Both the position numbers and the translations under genes were made by a program. Positions 49,157 through 59,842 of a DNA stretch of 64,000 nucleotides are shown here, in pieces. Where the stretch lies: contig JAGWVA010000005.1 in NCBI GenBank assembly GCA_028875855.1, positions 27,535-91,534 on the forward strand. Reading direction: 5' to 3'. Under the pieces are notes generated by a model. That model had not been told where the DNA came from, did not search any database, and saw only the letters and a program-made list of their open reading frames with translations. Each line of letters begins with the position of its first letter. Within the stretch, counting starts at the first letter, position 1. Source of the stretch: Paracoccaceae bacterium (GTDB lineage: Bacteria; Pseudomonadota; Alphaproteobacteria; Rhodobacterales; Rhodobacteraceae).

Positions 49157-49756
49157 TCATCCGCGCCGCGCCGCATCGAGATGTGCCCAGACCGGCTGGT
49201 CGGGGACATGCAGCGCGAGACGGTCGCCGATGCGCAGCCGCCCCTCGCGTTCGACCCAGGCGGTGATGCCCCGCCGCCCCTTCGCCGCCGACTTGAAGGC
49301 CTTGCCTGCGCCCGGATGCAACCCCTCGATCACCTTTGCCGGCAATTGGCAGGGGCGGTTTTCCATATCGACGACCAACGTCACGCCGTCGGGGCCCTGA
49401 AGACGCGAAGACGGCGGCAGATGGCTGAAATCCGCGAGCCCTGAGACCACCACGCTCGCACCGAGCCAGGCAGGGTCTAGCGCGTCAAGCTCCATGGCGG
49501 CGGCAATCTCCGCCATGTCCTCGGCGGACAGGATCGAGAGCTGGCGCACGTTGCGGATCGTCGTGCCGCGCGGATGCTGCGACGTCACACGGCTGCACGA
49601 CGGCCGCGTCAGCCCGGCATGGGCCTCGCCCTCCGGCCCGGCGAAGGTCAGCGCAAGCGTGTCCACGGCCTCGGCCATCAGGCTGGCCTCGCGGTTGGGG
49701 ACGCGCCCAAGCCAGGTGATCGTCGCGGCGAATGCCGTCGGCTTCAGCGCGGGCAT
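49157..49756 (-). CDS. MOSC domain-containing protein
   Basis: From the ATG at 49754-49756 (ATGA overlap with the tam stop): MPALKPTAFAATITWLGRV...NRPCQ...RRGITAWV, MOSC-like. 199 aa. Confidence 0.8.
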   Translation of the reverse strand: MPALKPTAFAATITWLGRVPNREASLMAEAVDTLALTFAGPEGEAHAGLTRPSCSRVTSQHPRGTTIRNVRQLSILSAEDMAEIAAAMELDALDPAWLGASVVVSGLADFSHLPPSSRLQGPDGVTLVVDMENRPCQLPAKVIEGLHPGAGKAFKSAAKGRRGITAWVEREGRLRIGDRLALHVPDQPVWAHLDAARRG

Positions 49757-50544
49757 CAGGCGTCCTTTCGCAGGATGAAGAAGCAGCGGCGGAAGGGGAA
49801 CAGCGCCCCGCCATCGGGCAAGAGCGGATAGGCGACGGCCAGCGCCTCTTCGTAGGCGGCGACGTAGGCCGCCGCCTCGTCCGCGCTCAACTTTTCCAGA
49901 AACGGCCGCATGGAGGTCGATTCGGTGAAGCGCCGCACCGGATGGCCTTCGGGCGAAGGCTCGAGGCGCTGGACATACTCGGTTTCCCACGCCGTCACGG
50001 CGCCCAGCGGGGAAAGCATCCGCCAGTAGGCTTCGGCCGGTTGGACCGGGGGGACGAAAGCGGCAAAGTCGAAGCGATCGGGGAACATCGAGGCCGCGAT
50101 GTCGCGCAGGAAGCGGTGCGAGGGCGCGCCGGTCTGCCGGGGCATCTGCACCGCCAGCACGCCTTCCGGGGCCAGCACGGCCACAAGCCGGGGCAAAAGA
50201 ACCTCGTGTTGCCCGACCCAATGCAGCGCCGCGTTCGAGAAGACCAGCGCAGGCGGCTGTCTGGGGGTCCAGTGGGCGATATCGGCGCGCTCGGTCGCGG
50301 CATAAAGCCCCGTTTCCTGCGCCTTGGCCAGCATCGCCGGCGAGTTGTCCACGCCGATCAGGTCACGCGCCGGGAAATGCAGCGCCAGCGTTCGAGCCAC
50401 GGCACCGTTGCCGCAGCCGAGGTCAACCGCATCGCCTTCGGGCAGGTGGCCGATCTGTGCCGCCAGATCCTGCGCCGGCCGCAGACGAAGGTCGGCAAAG
50501 CGGGCATAGCGCTCGGGGTTCCAGTCCGTCGTGGCGGGCGTCAT
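49756..50544 (-). CDS. tam: Trans-aconitate 2-methyltransferase-like SAM methyltransferase
   Basis: From the ATG at 50542-50544 (AAAGGAG upstream): MTPATTDWNPERYARFADLRLRPAQDL...VDLGCGNG...SNAALHW. Confidence 0.8.
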   Translation of the reverse strand: MTPATTDWNPERYARFADLRLRPAQDLAAQIGHLPEGDAVDLGCGNGAVARTLALHFPARDLIGVDNSPAMLAKAQETGLYAATERADIAHWTPRQPPALVFSNAALHWVGQHEVLLPRLVAVLAPEGVLAVQMPRQTGAPSHRFLRDIAASMFPDRFDFAAFVPPVQPAEAYWRMLSPLGAVTAWETEYVQRLEPSPEGHPVRRFTESTSMRPFLEKLSADEAAAYVAAYEEALAVAYPLLPDGGALFPFRRCFFILRKDA

Positions 50545-50672
50545 CGTGGCTCCTTTCGCGGCGCGGCGGCAGTATCGCAGGCGAGCGACCCGCGTCAACC
50601 GGGGGAACGGCCCGTCGCAAATACGAAAGCCCCGGGACATGCCCGGGGCTTTGCGTCTGTCTCGATCGCGGA

Positions 50673-52586
50673 TCAGGTAAGCGGCTCGGGCTCCATGCCG
50701 CCGTCTGCCTTGGGCGCCTTTGGCTTCGTCTTCGGGATCGAGGTAAGGCTCGCCCCCGTGGAGGGAGAATCGCCCGAGTCGTCACCCCGCCCCAGCGGCT
50801 CGCCCCGGATCACCCGGCCGATCTCGGCCCCGGTCAGCGTCTCGTATTCCAGAAGACCCTGCGCCAGCCGGTGCAGATCCTCGTTCTTCTCGGTGAGGAT
50901 CGCCTTCGCGCGGGCATAGCCTTCGTCCACGATCTTGCGCACTTCCTCGTCGATCAGCTCCATCGTCTCGGGGGAATGGCTCGCCCCGCCCGAATAGCTG
51001 CCAAGGTAGCTTTGCTGTTCGTTGGCGTAGTCGATGTTGCCCAGCGTGTCAGAGAAGCCGAACTGGGTCACCATCGCGCGTGCGATACGGCTGACCTGCT
51101 GGATGTCGGAGGCCGCGCCCGAGGTCACGTTTTCCTTCCCGAAGATCAGCTCTTCGGCCACCTTGCCGCCCATCGCCATGGCGATCTTGGACTTGTACTT
51201 GGTGTAGGTCACGGAAAGCTGGTCACGCTCGGGCAGGCTCAGCACCAGGCCAAGGGCCCGGCCGCGCGGGATGATCGTGGCCTTGTGGATCGGGTCGTGC
51301 TGCGGCACGTTCAGGCCGACGATCGCATGGCCGGCCTCGTGATAGGCGGTCAGCTTCTTTTCGTCTTCCGTCATCACCATGCTGCGACGCTCGGCGCCCA
51401 TCATCACCTTGTCCTTGGCGGATTCGAAATCCTCCATCGTGACGAAGCGGCGACCGACGCGCGCGGCCATCAGCGCGGCCTCGTTCACCAGGTTGGCAAG
51501 GTCGGCGCCCGAAAAGCCCGGCGTGCCGCGCGCGATGATGCGCAGATCGACATCGGGGCCCAGCGGCACCTTGCGGGCATGAACCGACAGGATCTTTTCC
51601 CGCCCCTTGATGTCGGGGTTCGGTACCTGGATCTGGCGGTCGAAGCGGCCGGGGCGCAGCAGCGCGGGGTCCAGCACGTCGGGGCGGTTGGTCGCCGCGA
51701 CGATGATGATGCCCTCGTTCGCCTCGAACCCGTCCATCTCGACCAGAAGCTGGTTCAGCGTCTGCTCGCGCTCGTCGTTGCCGCCGCCGTAGCCCACGCC
51801 ACGGCTGCGCCCAACGGCGTCGATTTCGTCTATGAAGACGATGCAGGGCGCGTTCTTCTTGGCCTGCTCGAACATGTCGCGCACGCGGGACGCGCCGACA
51901 CCCACGAACATTTCCACGAAGTCCGAGCCCGAGATGGTGAAGAACGGCACCCCCGCCTCGCCCGCGATGGCGCGCGCCAGCAGCGTCTTGCCGGTACCGG
52001 GCGGGCCCACGAGCAAGGCGCCCTTCGGGATCTTGCCGCCAAGACGGCTGAATTTCTGCGGGTTTCGCAGGAACTCGACGATCTCTTCCAGCTCTTCCTT
52101 GGCCTCGTCGATGCCGGCCACGTCGTCAAAGGTCACGCGGCCCTGCTTTTCGGTCAGCAGCTTGGCGCGCGACTTGCCGAAGCCCATTGCCCCGCCTTTG
52201 CCGCCCCCCTGCATCCGGTTCATGAAGAAGAGCCAGACACCGATCATCACGATGAACGGAAGCCAGACCCCCAGCAGCGACATCAGGCCGGACTGCTGTT
52301 GCGGCTTGGCATCGACGATGACGTTCTTGGACAGCAGCTTGTCAGTGACGTTTTCATTCTGCGGCTTGATGGTCATGTATTGCTGACCGTCCTTGCCGCG
52401 CACCATGACCCGCTCGCCATCCAGCGTCACGCTGGCGACGTTGCCATTGTCGAGGCGCTGGATGAAGTCGGAATACGGAACGGTGCGCGTGGCCATCGTG
52501 GCCTCGCTGCCGCTGAAGAGATTGAAGAGCGCCAGGATCAGAAGAAACAGAACGATCCAGAATGCCCAATTTCGCGCGTTGCCCAC
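50673..52586 (-). CDS. ftsH: ATP-dependent zinc metalloprotease FtsH
   Basis: 637 aa. [17 protein letters not shown]-like [12 protein letters not shown], and the HEAGHA zinc site. Confidence 0.95.
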   Translation of the reverse strand: MGNARNWAFWIVLFLLILALFNLFSGSEATMATRTVPYSDFIQRLDNGNVASVTLDGERVMVRGKDGQQYMTIKPQNENVTDKLLSKNVIVDAKPQQQSGLMSLLGVWLPFIVMIGVWLFFMNRMQGGGKGGAMGFGKSRAKLLTEKQGRVTFDDVAGIDEAKEELEEIVEFLRNPQKFSRLGGKIPKGALLVGPPGTGKTLLARAIAGEAGVPFFTISGSDFVEMFVGVGASRVRDMFEQAKKNAPCIVFIDEIDAVGRSRGVGYGGGNDEREQTLNQLLVEMDGFEANEGIIIVAATNRPDVLDPALLRPGRFDRQIQVPNPDIKGREKILSVHARKVPLGPDVDLRIIARGTPGFSGADLANLVNEAALMAARVGRRFVTMEDFESAKDKVMMGAERRSMVMTEDEKKLTAYHEAGHAIVGLNVPQHDPIHKATIIPRGRALGLVLSLPERDQLSVTYTKYKSKIAMAMGGKVAEELIFGKENVTSGAASDIQQVSRIARAMVTQFGFSDTLGNIDYANEQQSYLGSYSGGASHSPETMELIDEEVRKIVDEGYARAKAILTEKNEDLHRLAQGLLEYETLTGAEIGRVIRGEPLGRGDDSGDSPSTGASLTSIPKTKPKAPKADGGMEPEPLT

Positions 52587-52675
52587 CGGGGACCTCCTTG
52601 CAAGCGGCGCACGTCGAAGGACGCCCCACGCCGCCGATGTGGTTCCTACCTAAAATAGAGATTAGCCGCAGGCAT

Positions 52676-53950
52676 TCAATGCGATAAAATCGAGGAGACG
52701 TAATCGTCTTCGCCCCGCGCCAATTCGGCCTGCCAGCCACAGCCCCGCCCGGCATGCGGCGCGGCGACCAGATCGTCGCCTCGCCACACCGCGGGCATCG
52801 TCGAAAGCGTCGTGCGGCGCAGCCCCGTCCCGCGCCAATCCGGGCAAAGAGAAATGCCTTTCTCTCCAATGGCTTCGATGCGCAGTCCGCCAAGATCCGC
52901 GCCTTGCGGCGGCACCATCCGCCAGCGGCGATCCCACAGTGCATCGACCCGGCTGGCGACACCCTGAAGCGCCTGTGCCTCGCGTCCCACGCGCAGTCCT
53001 TCCGTCCGGTGCAGCAGCCGGCAGCCATGCAACGTCATGTCGCGGCCTTCTGCCACGGCCTGCAAGGCCTCGGCCATGGTATCGCGCCGTGGGCGATAGT
53101 CCGCCGAGGCGACCCAGCTTAGCGCATGGGACAAGAGCCTGCGGCGGATTTCGGTCGGTTCGGCAAGAAGGCCCGCAGGGTCAAGGACGACCTCTCCCGC
53201 CTCGACGCGGGCGATCCGGCGCGCGACGGAAACGGTGGTCGCATCAAGGGCCTCGCGGGCTTCGGCAAGGCGGGACGCGGTGGCGGCAAGGGCTTCGGCG
53301 CCGATCCCAAGCGGCTCAAGCGCCGCGAGAACCTCGCGCACGCGGACACGCTCGAACCTCGGGTCCGCATTCGACGGGTCCTCGACCCAGCCCAGACGGC
53401 GTAGCGTCAGGAAGGCGCGCAATTCCCCCCGCCCCGCCTGCAGGAGCGGGCGCAGCCAGTCGATGCCATAGGCACGCCTGCGCGCGCCCATTGCCGAAAG
53501 CCCGTCGATCCCCGCCCCTCGGCCAAGACGCATGACGAAGGTCTCGGCCTGGTCGTCGGCGGTATGCGCCAGCGCCACGCCCCCAAGGCCAAGCGCCAGC
53601 GCCCAATCGGCCATGAGCCCGTAACGCGCCCGGCGCGCGCGGTCCTGAAGGTTGCCGATGCCGTCCCAGCCGCCCCATTTCAGCGTCTGGTGCGGCAGGC
53701 CGAGCGCCTCGCAGACCTCGCCCACCATGGCGGCTTCGGCCGCCGACGCGGGTCGCAGACCGTGGTCCACCGTCACCACGAACAGCGCAACCGCGCGCTC
53801 GGCAGCCCAACGGTGCAGCAGATGAAGCAGCGCCATGGAATCGCCGCCGCCCGAGACGGCAACGCCCAACCGGGCGGGCCGGTCGGGCGTCAGCGCCTCG
53901 TCGATCAGGCGCAGGAGGCGTTCCGCAGGGTCGCCCTCCGGCATCGTCAC
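52676..53950 (-). CDS. tilS: tRNA(Ile)-lysidine synthetase
   Basis: PP-loop VAVSGGGDSMALL. 424 aa. It overlaps the upstream stop by 4 nt. Confidence 0.85.
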   Translation of the reverse strand: MTMPEGDPAERLLRLIDEALTPDRPARLGVAVSGGGDSMALLHLLHRWAAERAVALFVVTVDHGLRPASAAEAAMVGEVCEALGLPHQTLKWGGWDGIGNLQDRARRARYGLMADWALALGLGGVALAHTADDQAETFVMRLGRGAGIDGLSAMGARRRAYGIDWLRPLLQAGRGELRAFLTLRRLGWVEDPSNADPRFERVRVREVLAALEPLGIGAEALAATASRLAEAREALDATTVSVARRIARVEAGEVVLDPAGLLAEPTEIRRRLLSHALSWVASADYRPRRDTMAEALQAVAEGRDMTLHGCRLLHRTEGLRVGREAQALQGVASRVDALWDRRWRMVPPQGADLGGLRIEAIGEKGISLCPDWRGTGLRRTTLSTMPAVWRGDDLVAAPHAGRGCGWQAELARGEDDYVSSILSH

Positions 53951-54846
53951 TGGCAGCCGAGCCCCTGCATCGCGGTCGCGGCTTCGCTCACGGCGGGGGC
54001 GTTGGGATAGCGCACCGACACCTGCCCAAGCGTCACGCAGGCGTCCTTCGTCTGACCCAGCTTGCCGAGGCTGATCCCGAGTTGCGTCAGCGCATCGGGG
54101 GCCTTCGCGCCCTTGGGATAGCCCGAGAAGCTGTTGAGGAAGGCGCGCGCCGCATTGGCCGTGTCTCCCATCTGTGCGAGGGCCTGACCCTGATAATAAA
54201 GCGCCTCGCCCGTCAGGGGCCCACCCGTGTAGGTCTGGGCAAAGGTCGCAAAGAGGTCCGCGGCGCTGCGAAAGTGACCGGCGGCATATGCCGCCTTCGC
54301 CTTGTCAAAGTCTCCCTGTTCGCCGACCGCGAGTTCCGGCCCGTTGCTGGCGGGCGTGGTGGAGGGGGCCGCCGCGGGCGGAGCACCGACGCTGACGCCG
54401 GGTGCCTCGCCGCCAAGGGGCTTGGTCGGGCCGAGCTTCGAGATATCGCCCCCGGCAGCCTCGGTCAGGCGGAACTCCAGATCGCCGATGCGGTTGGTGC
54501 CGTCGGCGACGACCCGGTTGATCCGGTTCTGCAAAAGCTCGGTCTGGTTCGTCAGCTGTTGCAACGTCGCGTCGATCGCGTCGAGCCGCGACTGCATCGA
54601 GTTGCTGGCAGGGGCCTGCGCGACGCTGGTTCCGGTCGGCTGGACCTCCTGCTTGAGACCCAGAACCTCGGCCTTCACCCGGGCGATGTCCGCCTGGATG
54701 TCGGCCAGCGTCTGGATCTGCGACTGGGTCAGTTTCTTGGTCGGAACCTTGGACTGAGCCGGGGCCTTGGTCTGGGCAAGGACGGGGCTCGAAAGCCCCG
54801 CCACTGCCCAGAGACCGATGGCCGTTGCCGTCAGGATGCGGCGCAT
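53947..54846 (-). CDS. cpoB: Tol-Pal system protein CpoB/YbgF
   Basis: Signal peptide, coiled-coil segment (LQQLTNQTELLQNRI) and C-terminal TPR-like domain. It lies immediately downstream of pal. Confidence 0.85.
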   Translation of the reverse strand: MRRILTATAIGLWAVAGLSSPVLAQTKAPAQSKVPTKKLTQSQIQTLADIQADIARVKAEVLGLKQEVQPTGTSVAQAPASNSMQSRLDAIDATLQQLTNQTELLQNRINRVVADGTNRIGDLEFRLTEAAGGDISKLGPTKPLGGEAPGVSVGAPPAAAPSTTPASNGPELAVGEQGDFDKAKAAYAAGHFRSAADLFATFAQTYTGGPLTGEALYYQGQALAQMGDTANAARAFLNSFSGYPKGAKAPDALTQLGISLGKLGQTKDACVTLGQVSVRYPNAPAVSEAATAMQGLGCQ

Positions 54847-54856
54847 CCGCGTCTCC

Positions 54857-55390
54857 TTAGCTGTTCTTGCCCCGCGACAGCACGGTCACGGCGCGGCGGT
54901 TCTGCGAATAGCAGGACTCGTTCGGGCAGGTGGCGACGGGGCGTTCCTTGCCGTAGCTGATCGTGCGGATGCGGCCCGCGTTCACGCCATGGGTGGACAG
55001 GAAGTCCTTGACGACCTGAGCCCGGCGCGCGCCAAGCGCGATGTTGTATTCGCGGGTGCCGCGCTCGTCGGTGTGGCCCTCGATGATGATCGCGTAGCTC
55101 GGATACTGGTTGAGCCACTGCGCCTGCTTGGTCAGCGTCTGCTGGGCCTCGGGCGACAGGTTGCTCTGGTCAAGCTTGAAATAGACCCGGTCGCCGACCC
55201 GCTGGTTGAAATAGGCGATGGACGCGGGATTGCTCGCGTCGCCGAGGCCCTGACCGCTGATGCCCCCTGCGCCGTTCAGACCGGCGGCATCTCCGCCCAT
55301 CCCGGCACCGCCGCCATAGCGGTTGGGATTGTTACAGGCCGCCAGCCCCAAGGCGGCGACGACAAGAAGCGCCTTGTTCAAGTTACGCAT
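54857..55390 (-). CDS. pal: Peptidoglycan-associated lipoprotein Pal
   Basis: Lipobox LGLAAC. OmpA_C domain IIIEGHTDERGTREYNIALGARRA...NRRAV. Confidence 0.9.
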   Translation of the reverse strand: MRNLNKALLVVAALGLAACNNPNRYGGGAGMGGDAAGLNGAGGISGQGLGDASNPASIAYFNQRVGDRVYFKLDQSNLSPEAQQTLTKQAQWLNQYPSYAIIIEGHTDERGTREYNIALGARRAQVVKDFLSTHGVNAGRIRTISYGKERPVATCPNESCYSQNRRAVTVLSRGKNS

Positions 55391-55451
55391 GTGGAAGTCC
55401 CTTCATCTCTGCCCCGTGGGCGAAGCTTATCATGGTTAAGATGATTTGAAA

Positions 55452-55475
55452 GTGACGCGGGCCCACCCGCGTCAC
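55452..55475 (-). other. Perfect 10-bp hairpin between tolB and pal
   Basis: GTGACGCGGG-ccca-CCCGCGTCAC. On the minus strand it is followed by TTTCAAATCATC. It could be an attenuator or an RNA stabiliser. Confidence 0.4.
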
Positions 55476-55487
55476 CGGTTGTCAGGA

Positions 55488-56816
55488 TCAGTTCTGCTCC
55501 GGCCCCCAGGCCGCGTCCGATGCGCCCGTCGGCGTCGGCACGCGCTTGAGGTTCCGCCCCGAGATATCGACCGAATAGAGGAACGGCATGCTGTCGGCCC
55601 CGGCATTTTCGCGGGTGAACATGATGACGCGGCCGTTCGGCGACCAGGTCGGGCCCTCGTCGAGGAAGGACGCGGTCAAGAGCCGCTCGCCGCTGCCGTC
55701 GGGACGCATCACGCCGATGTAGAAGCGGCCCTGATCCTGCTTGGTGAAGGCGATCAGGTCTCCGCGCGGCGACCAGACCGGCGTGGCGTATTTGCCCGGC
55801 CCGAAGCTGATGCGCGTCGCGGCACCGCCGCTGGCAGGCATGACGTAGATCTGCTGCTCGCCCGAACGGTCGCTTTCGAAGACGATCTTCGAGCCGTCCG
55901 GCGAATAGCTGGGCGCCGTGTCGATCGAGGGATCGTTGGTCAGTTGCGTGGTCTGCCCGCTGGCGAGGTTGCGCACATAGAGATCGGTGTTCCCGTTGCG
56001 CTCGAGCGAATAGACGGCCGAGCGTCCATCAGGCGAGAAGCGCGGCGCGAAGGTCATCGTGCCGGGCTGGTCGTCCAGCCGCTGCTCCTGCAGCGTGGCA
56101 AGGTTCAGCAGATAGACATGCGGGAAGCCGGACTGGTAGCTCACGAAGATCACGTTCTTGCCGTCCGGCGAGAAGCGCGGCGCGAGCACGATCGAGGCAT
56201 CGTTGGTCAGATAGCTCGTGTTCGCCCCGTCGTAGTCCATGATCGCCAGCCGCATCTTGCGCAGCGCCTTGGGTCCGCTTTCCGAGACATAGACCACGCG
56301 GCTGTCGAAATAGCCCGTCTCGCCGGTGATGCGGCTATAGACGGCATCGGCCACCTTGTGCGCCATCCGGCGGACGGCCGACACCGGCCCCGCGAATTGC
56401 AGCCCCTGCCCCATCGGCGCGCCCGAGAAGACGTCGAACAGGCGGAACTTCACCGTGACGCGGCTGCCCTGCACGCTCACCTCGCCGGTGACCAGCGCCT
56501 GCGCGTTGATCGCCTTCCAGTCGGCGTATTTCACCGGGGCGTCGAAGCTCGACACTTTCGAAATGTAGGCCGTGGGATCGATCTGACGGAACAGACCCGT
56601 CCCGGTCAGGTCGCTGTTGATGACCTGCGTGATCTCGGCAGCGGCCTGCGATGCCGCCTGCCCGGCCGCGAGGAACGGCGGCAGGGCGTAAGGCAGCGGC
56701 TCGATCACGCCTTGCGTGATCTGGATCTTCAGCGGCGCGGCCTGAACGGCCGGGCTTGCCAGAACTGTGAGCCCCGTCAGGGCAAGGGCGAGGGCAAGTG
56801 TCCGCGCAAGGGTCAT
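55488..56816 (-). CDS. tolB: Tol-Pal system beta-propeller protein TolB
   Basis: 442 aa with a signal peptide and repeated P.FSPDG / P.WSP.G propeller motifs. Confidence 0.95.
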   Translation of the reverse strand: MTLARTLALALALTGLTVLASPAVQAAPLKIQITQGVIEPLPYALPPFLAAGQAASQAAAEITQVINSDLTGTGLFRQIDPTAYISKVSSFDAPVKYADWKAINAQALVTGEVSVQGSRVTVKFRLFDVFSGAPMGQGLQFAGPVSAVRRMAHKVADAVYSRITGETGYFDSRVVYVSESGPKALRKMRLAIMDYDGANTSYLTNDASIVLAPRFSPDGKNVIFVSYQSGFPHVYLLNLATLQEQRLDDQPGTMTFAPRFSPDGRSAVYSLERNGNTDLYVRNLASGQTTQLTNDPSIDTAPSYSPDGSKIVFESDRSGEQQIYVMPASGGAATRISFGPGKYATPVWSPRGDLIAFTKQDQGRFYIGVMRPDGSGERLLTASFLDEGPTWSPNGRVIMFTRENAGADSMPFLYSVDISGRNLKRVPTPTGASDAAWGPEQN

Positions 56817-57964
56817 TTCATCCTCATTCCGTTGGGGTCGAATATCATCTCGATATCACGCCACTGGTCATATTTCTCTGGGGGAAGTTTGTAGCCATTG
56901 CGTCCGCAGCGCAAAATTGCGCGACGGGCTGCATCGAATGCGGCCCTCTCGGCCGCGGCATCGCCGCCAGAGGCCGTGACCTCCTTGAGCGAATCCGCGA
57001 TCACCGTGCCGTCCTGGTTGAGCCGGACCGCGACCGTCACCGTCACGTTGGCCGACAGCGACCCGGGGTCCACGACCCAGCACTGCTGCACGGCCAGCCG
57101 CAAGCCGTTCTTTTCGCCCGAGGTGAGCGGCGGGCCCGAGGTCTTCTGCGCCGTGCTGCCGGTCGGACCGGTGGTTGCCCCGTCACCCATCGCGGCGGCC
57201 AGCGCCGCCGCCTCGGCCTTCGCCGCGGCGCTGGAGGCCTTGGCGGGCTGGGCCGCGGAAGCGGTCTGCGTCGCGGGTTCCGGCGGGCGCGTCATCGGGC
57301 GCAGGCTGACTTTCGGCGCGCTCGACGGGGCCGCATCGGACGTCGCGTTCTTGGGCGCTTCGGGCACGATCTGGCTCGAGGCTTCCTTGGGCGCGGCAGC
57401 CTCTTTCGGCTTTTGCGGCTTTACCGGGGTCGGCGACTTGGTCTGGGTCACTTCCTGCTGCGGAAGCGGCGACACCTTGGCATCGGGCTTCGGCGCGGGA
57501 GAGGGCGTGGGCGCCACGCGCTGCGACGCCTTGGCCAGCGGCGCGGCATGCACATCCGGCGCCAGTTCCTGCGCCTGCGGGGGTGCCTTGGGCAGCGCGG
57601 GCTGCGGCGGCACCTGCACCTTGGGCGGCGTCGGTTCCTTCGGCGCGACGGGCTTCGGATCGGGCTTGGCCTGATCGCGCGGCTTCGGCGCGGGCACCGG
57701 CTTGGGGGCCGCTTCGGGCTTGGGCACCGGGGCGGGCGACATTTCCGGCGCCGCGGCGGGGGGCGTCTTCACCGTCGTCTGCGGCGTTGAGGGCGGAGCC
57801 GAGGCCGAGGCCGTCAGCTTGTTCAACTCCGCGCTCGAGATCAGCGACACGTCCGACGTCTGGATCGGCGGCGCATCACGGCGTGAGGTCAGGAACCCGC
57901 CGAACAGGATCCAGAGTATCAGGCAGAGATGCCCGATTCCGGAGATGATTGCACCCGTCCGCAT
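56813..57964 (-). CDS. tolA: TolA-like cell envelope integrity protein
   Basis: N-terminal TM ([19 protein letters not shown]), a long Pro/Ala/Lys-rich linker and a small C-terminal domain. It sits between tolR and tolB. Confidence 0.75.
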   Translation of the reverse strand: MRTGAIISGIGHLCLILWILFGGFLTSRRDAPPIQTSDVSLISSAELNKLTASASAPPSTPQTTVKTPPAAAPEMSPAPVPKPEAAPKPVPAPKPRDQAKPDPKPVAPKEPTPPKVQVPPQPALPKAPPQAQELAPDVHAAPLAKASQRVAPTPSPAPKPDAKVSPLPQQEVTQTKSPTPVKPQKPKEAAAPKEASSQIVPEAPKNATSDAAPSSAPKVSLRPMTRPPEPATQTASAAQPAKASSAAAKAEAAALAAAMGDGATTGPTGSTAQKTSGPPLTSGEKNGLRLAVQQCWVVDPGSLSANVTVTVAVRLNQDGTVIADSLKEVTASGGDAAAERAAFDAARRAILRCGRNGYKLPPEKYDQWRDIEMIFDPNGMRMK

Positions 57965-57975
57965 GTCGGTTTGGC

Positions 57976-58452
57976 CTAGCCACCATTGCCGTTGAACTTC
58001 GGTCCGTTCGGATCGGTCACCAGACCGATGTCGCGGAACCCGCCCGCGTTGAGCGCCCCCATGACCTGGGCCACGACCGAATAGGAGACCGAGCCATCGG
58101 CCCGCAGATAGACCTTGCGATCCTGCCGCTGGGCCGCGACGGCGCGCAGCTTCGGGATCAGGTCAGCCTCGTTCACTTCGGTCGTTTGCAGCATGATCTT
58201 GCCGCCCGGCGCGATCGAGATCGTCAGCGGCGCTTCCTTCTCGGTGGGTAGAGCCGTCGCCGCCGTCTTGGGCAGCTTCAGCGGCACGCCCACCGTCAGC
58301 AGGGGCGCCGCCACCATGAAGATGATGAGAAGCACAAGCATCACGTCCACGAAGGGCGTGACGTTGATCTCGGACATGGCCTGGCTGCGGCCGCGCCGCC
58401 GCCCGCGGCGACTTCCCCCGCCGCCTCCGCGTTTCATGACCCCCGCACCCAT
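57976..58452 (-). CDS. tolR: Biopolymer transport protein TolR (ExbD family)
   Basis: SEINVTPFVDVMLVLLIIFMV..., typical of the ExbD/TolR family. Confidence 0.9.
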   Translation of the reverse strand: MGAGVMKRGGGGGSRRGRRRGRSQAMSEINVTPFVDVMLVLLIIFMVAAPLLTVGVPLKLPKTAATALPTEKEAPLTISIAPGGKIMLQTTEVNEADLIPKLRAVAAQRQDRKVYLRADGSVSYSVVAQVMGALNAGGFRDIGLVTDPNGPKFNGNGG

Positions 58453-58455
58453 CGC

Positions 58456-59151
58456 TCAGGCGTCCAGCTGGCGCGAAAGGATGGTCGAGAATTCGTCGGC
58501 GAAGGCCTCGTATCCGGCGACCACGCGGTCGCTGTCGGCCGAAAGCTTGTTGTAGAAGATCACGGCCGGGATCGCCGCCAGAAGACCGAGCGCGGTGGAC
58601 AGCAGCGCCTCTGCGATGCCGGGCGCCACGACGGCGAGGTTGGTGTTCTGGCTGATCGCGATCTCCTCGAACGCGTGCTTGATCCCCCAGACCGTGCCGA
58701 ACAGCCCCACGAACGGCGCGGTCGAGCCCACGGTCGCAAGGAAGGCAAGCCCGGTGTTCAGGAAATCCGACTGCTTGGCGATGGCCACGTCCATCGACCG
58801 GTCGATGCGCGCCTGCGCACCCGCGATAAGCCCGCCGTCATGGCGATGGCTGCGCCGCCACTCCATCATGCCCGAGGCAAAGATCTTCTCCGAGGCGCCG
58901 TCGGGTTGGCTGCCGATCTTCTCGAACAGATCGTCCAGCGGTTCGCCCGACCAGAAGGCCTGATCGAACTCGTCTGCTTCCTTGCGGGCGCGGCGCAAGG
59001 TCAGATGTTTCTGAATGATGATCGCCCAAGACCAGAAGGAGGCGATGATCAGCAGGATCATCACCACCTTTGCTGCAATCGTGGCTCGGGCGAACAATGC
59101 CAGCATCGAGAAATCGAGCGCATGCGCGTTCGCGAGAGTCGTCGTGTCCAT
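58456..59151 (-). CDS. tolQ: Tol-Pal proton channel protein TolQ
   Basis: 231 aa of the MotA/TolQ/ExbB family (APFVGLFGTVWGI...PAVIFYN). Confidence 0.9.
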   Translation of the reverse strand: MDTTTLANAHALDFSMLALFARATIAAKVVMILLIIASFWSWAIIIQKHLTLRRARKEADEFDQAFWSGEPLDDLFEKIGSQPDGASEKIFASGMMEWRRSHRHDGGLIAGAQARIDRSMDVAIAKQSDFLNTGLAFLATVGSTAPFVGLFGTVWGIKHAFEEIAISQNTNLAVVAPGIAEALLSTALGLLAAIPAVIFYNKLSADSDRVVAGYEAFADEFSTILSRQLDA

Positions 59152-59252
59152 GATACCTGCTCACCAAGCCTGTCCGCTCTTACGGCGGTGTCCTTAACAC
59201 TGATTCTATCGTGCTTTTAGGGGAAATGCCAACACATGCGTGTGACGGTGCA

Positions 59253-59678
59253 TTAACTCTCCGACGCGGCGTCCAACCGCTGGCGGATATCCGCCGGAAG
59301 CCGGACCGCGCCGGCGGGGCCGATGCAGACCAGCGTCACGCGGGCCGCGAAAATGCGCTGTTCTTCCCGCAGGATAACCTGATCGAGCACGATCCGCGCG
59401 CCGCCCAGCTGCACCACTTCGGTCTCGACCGTCAGCCAGTCGTCGAACCGCGCGGGCGCGAGGTAATCCGCCTCGAGCCGCCGCACGGCGAAGACGATGC
59501 CCGCCTCGTCCTTGAGCCGGATCTGGTCCACGCCGCGCGCGCGCACCCATTCGCTGCGGGCACGTTCGATGAACTTTAGATAGTTGGCGTAATAGACGAT
59601 GCCCGCCAGATCGGTGTCTTCGTAATAGACCCGACAGCTAAATTTGTTCGTTTTAACACTTTCTAGCAAATTCGCCAC
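59253..59678 (-). CDS. ybgC: Tol-Pal-associated acyl-CoA thioesterase YbgC
   Basis: GTG start with GGAGG upstream. VYYEDTDLAGIVYYANYLKFIERAR hot-dog thioesterase motif. The first ~35 codons are low-GC. Confidence 0.85.
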   Translation of the reverse strand: MANLLESVKTNKFSCRVYYEDTDLAGIVYYANYLKFIERARSEWVRARGVDQIRLKDEAGIVFAVRRLEADYLAPARFDDWLTVETEVVQLGGARIVLDQVILREEQRIFAARVTLVCIGPAGAVRLPADIRQRLDAASES

Positions 59679-59702
59679 AAAACACCTCCAAAAGATTGTT
59701 TT

Positions 59703-59731
59703 TACTTACATATTTCCGCTTGCAGCGTCAA
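59703..59731 (-). promoter_or_regulatory. Sigma70-like promoter candidate for ybgC-tolQRA
   Basis: The minus strand reads TTGACG-N17-TAAGTA, ending about 20 nt before the ybgC SD. It lies wholly within low-GC island-type DNA. Confidence 0.3.
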
Positions 59732-59748
59732 TCTTTTAGGTCAAAAGG

Positions 59749-59764
59749 TTAAGGACTGGTTAAC
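59749..59764. promoter_or_regulatory. CtrA-box-like motif TTAA-N7-TTAAC
   Basis: TTAAGGACTGGTTAAC, read directly from the sequence, lies between the integrase and ybgC. Confidence 0.3.
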
Positions 59765-59779
59765 GGAAACCTTGCCTGC

Positions 59780-59841
59780 GTGGTATCCCGGTGGTATCCC
59801 AAACCCCATAGGCACTCGAAATCAGCACTCTGGATACCACG
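59780..59841 (+). repeat. Three copies of GTGGTATCC(C) just upstream of the integrase start
   Basis: Direct copies at 59780-59789 and 59791-59800 (11-bp period). An inverted copy GGATACCAC lies at 59832-59840. With flanking bases it forms an 11-bp perfect inverted repeat, GCGTGGTATCC / GGATACCACGC. Confidence 0.5.
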
Positions 59842-59842
59842 C

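Noticed and set aside
57100-57800. Repetitive GC-rich DNA with recurring GGCGCGGG/CTTCGG-like units
   Set aside because: It is the coding sequence of the Pro/Ala/Lys-rich TolA linker. It is low-complexity coding sequence, not a non-coding repeat array or CRISPR.
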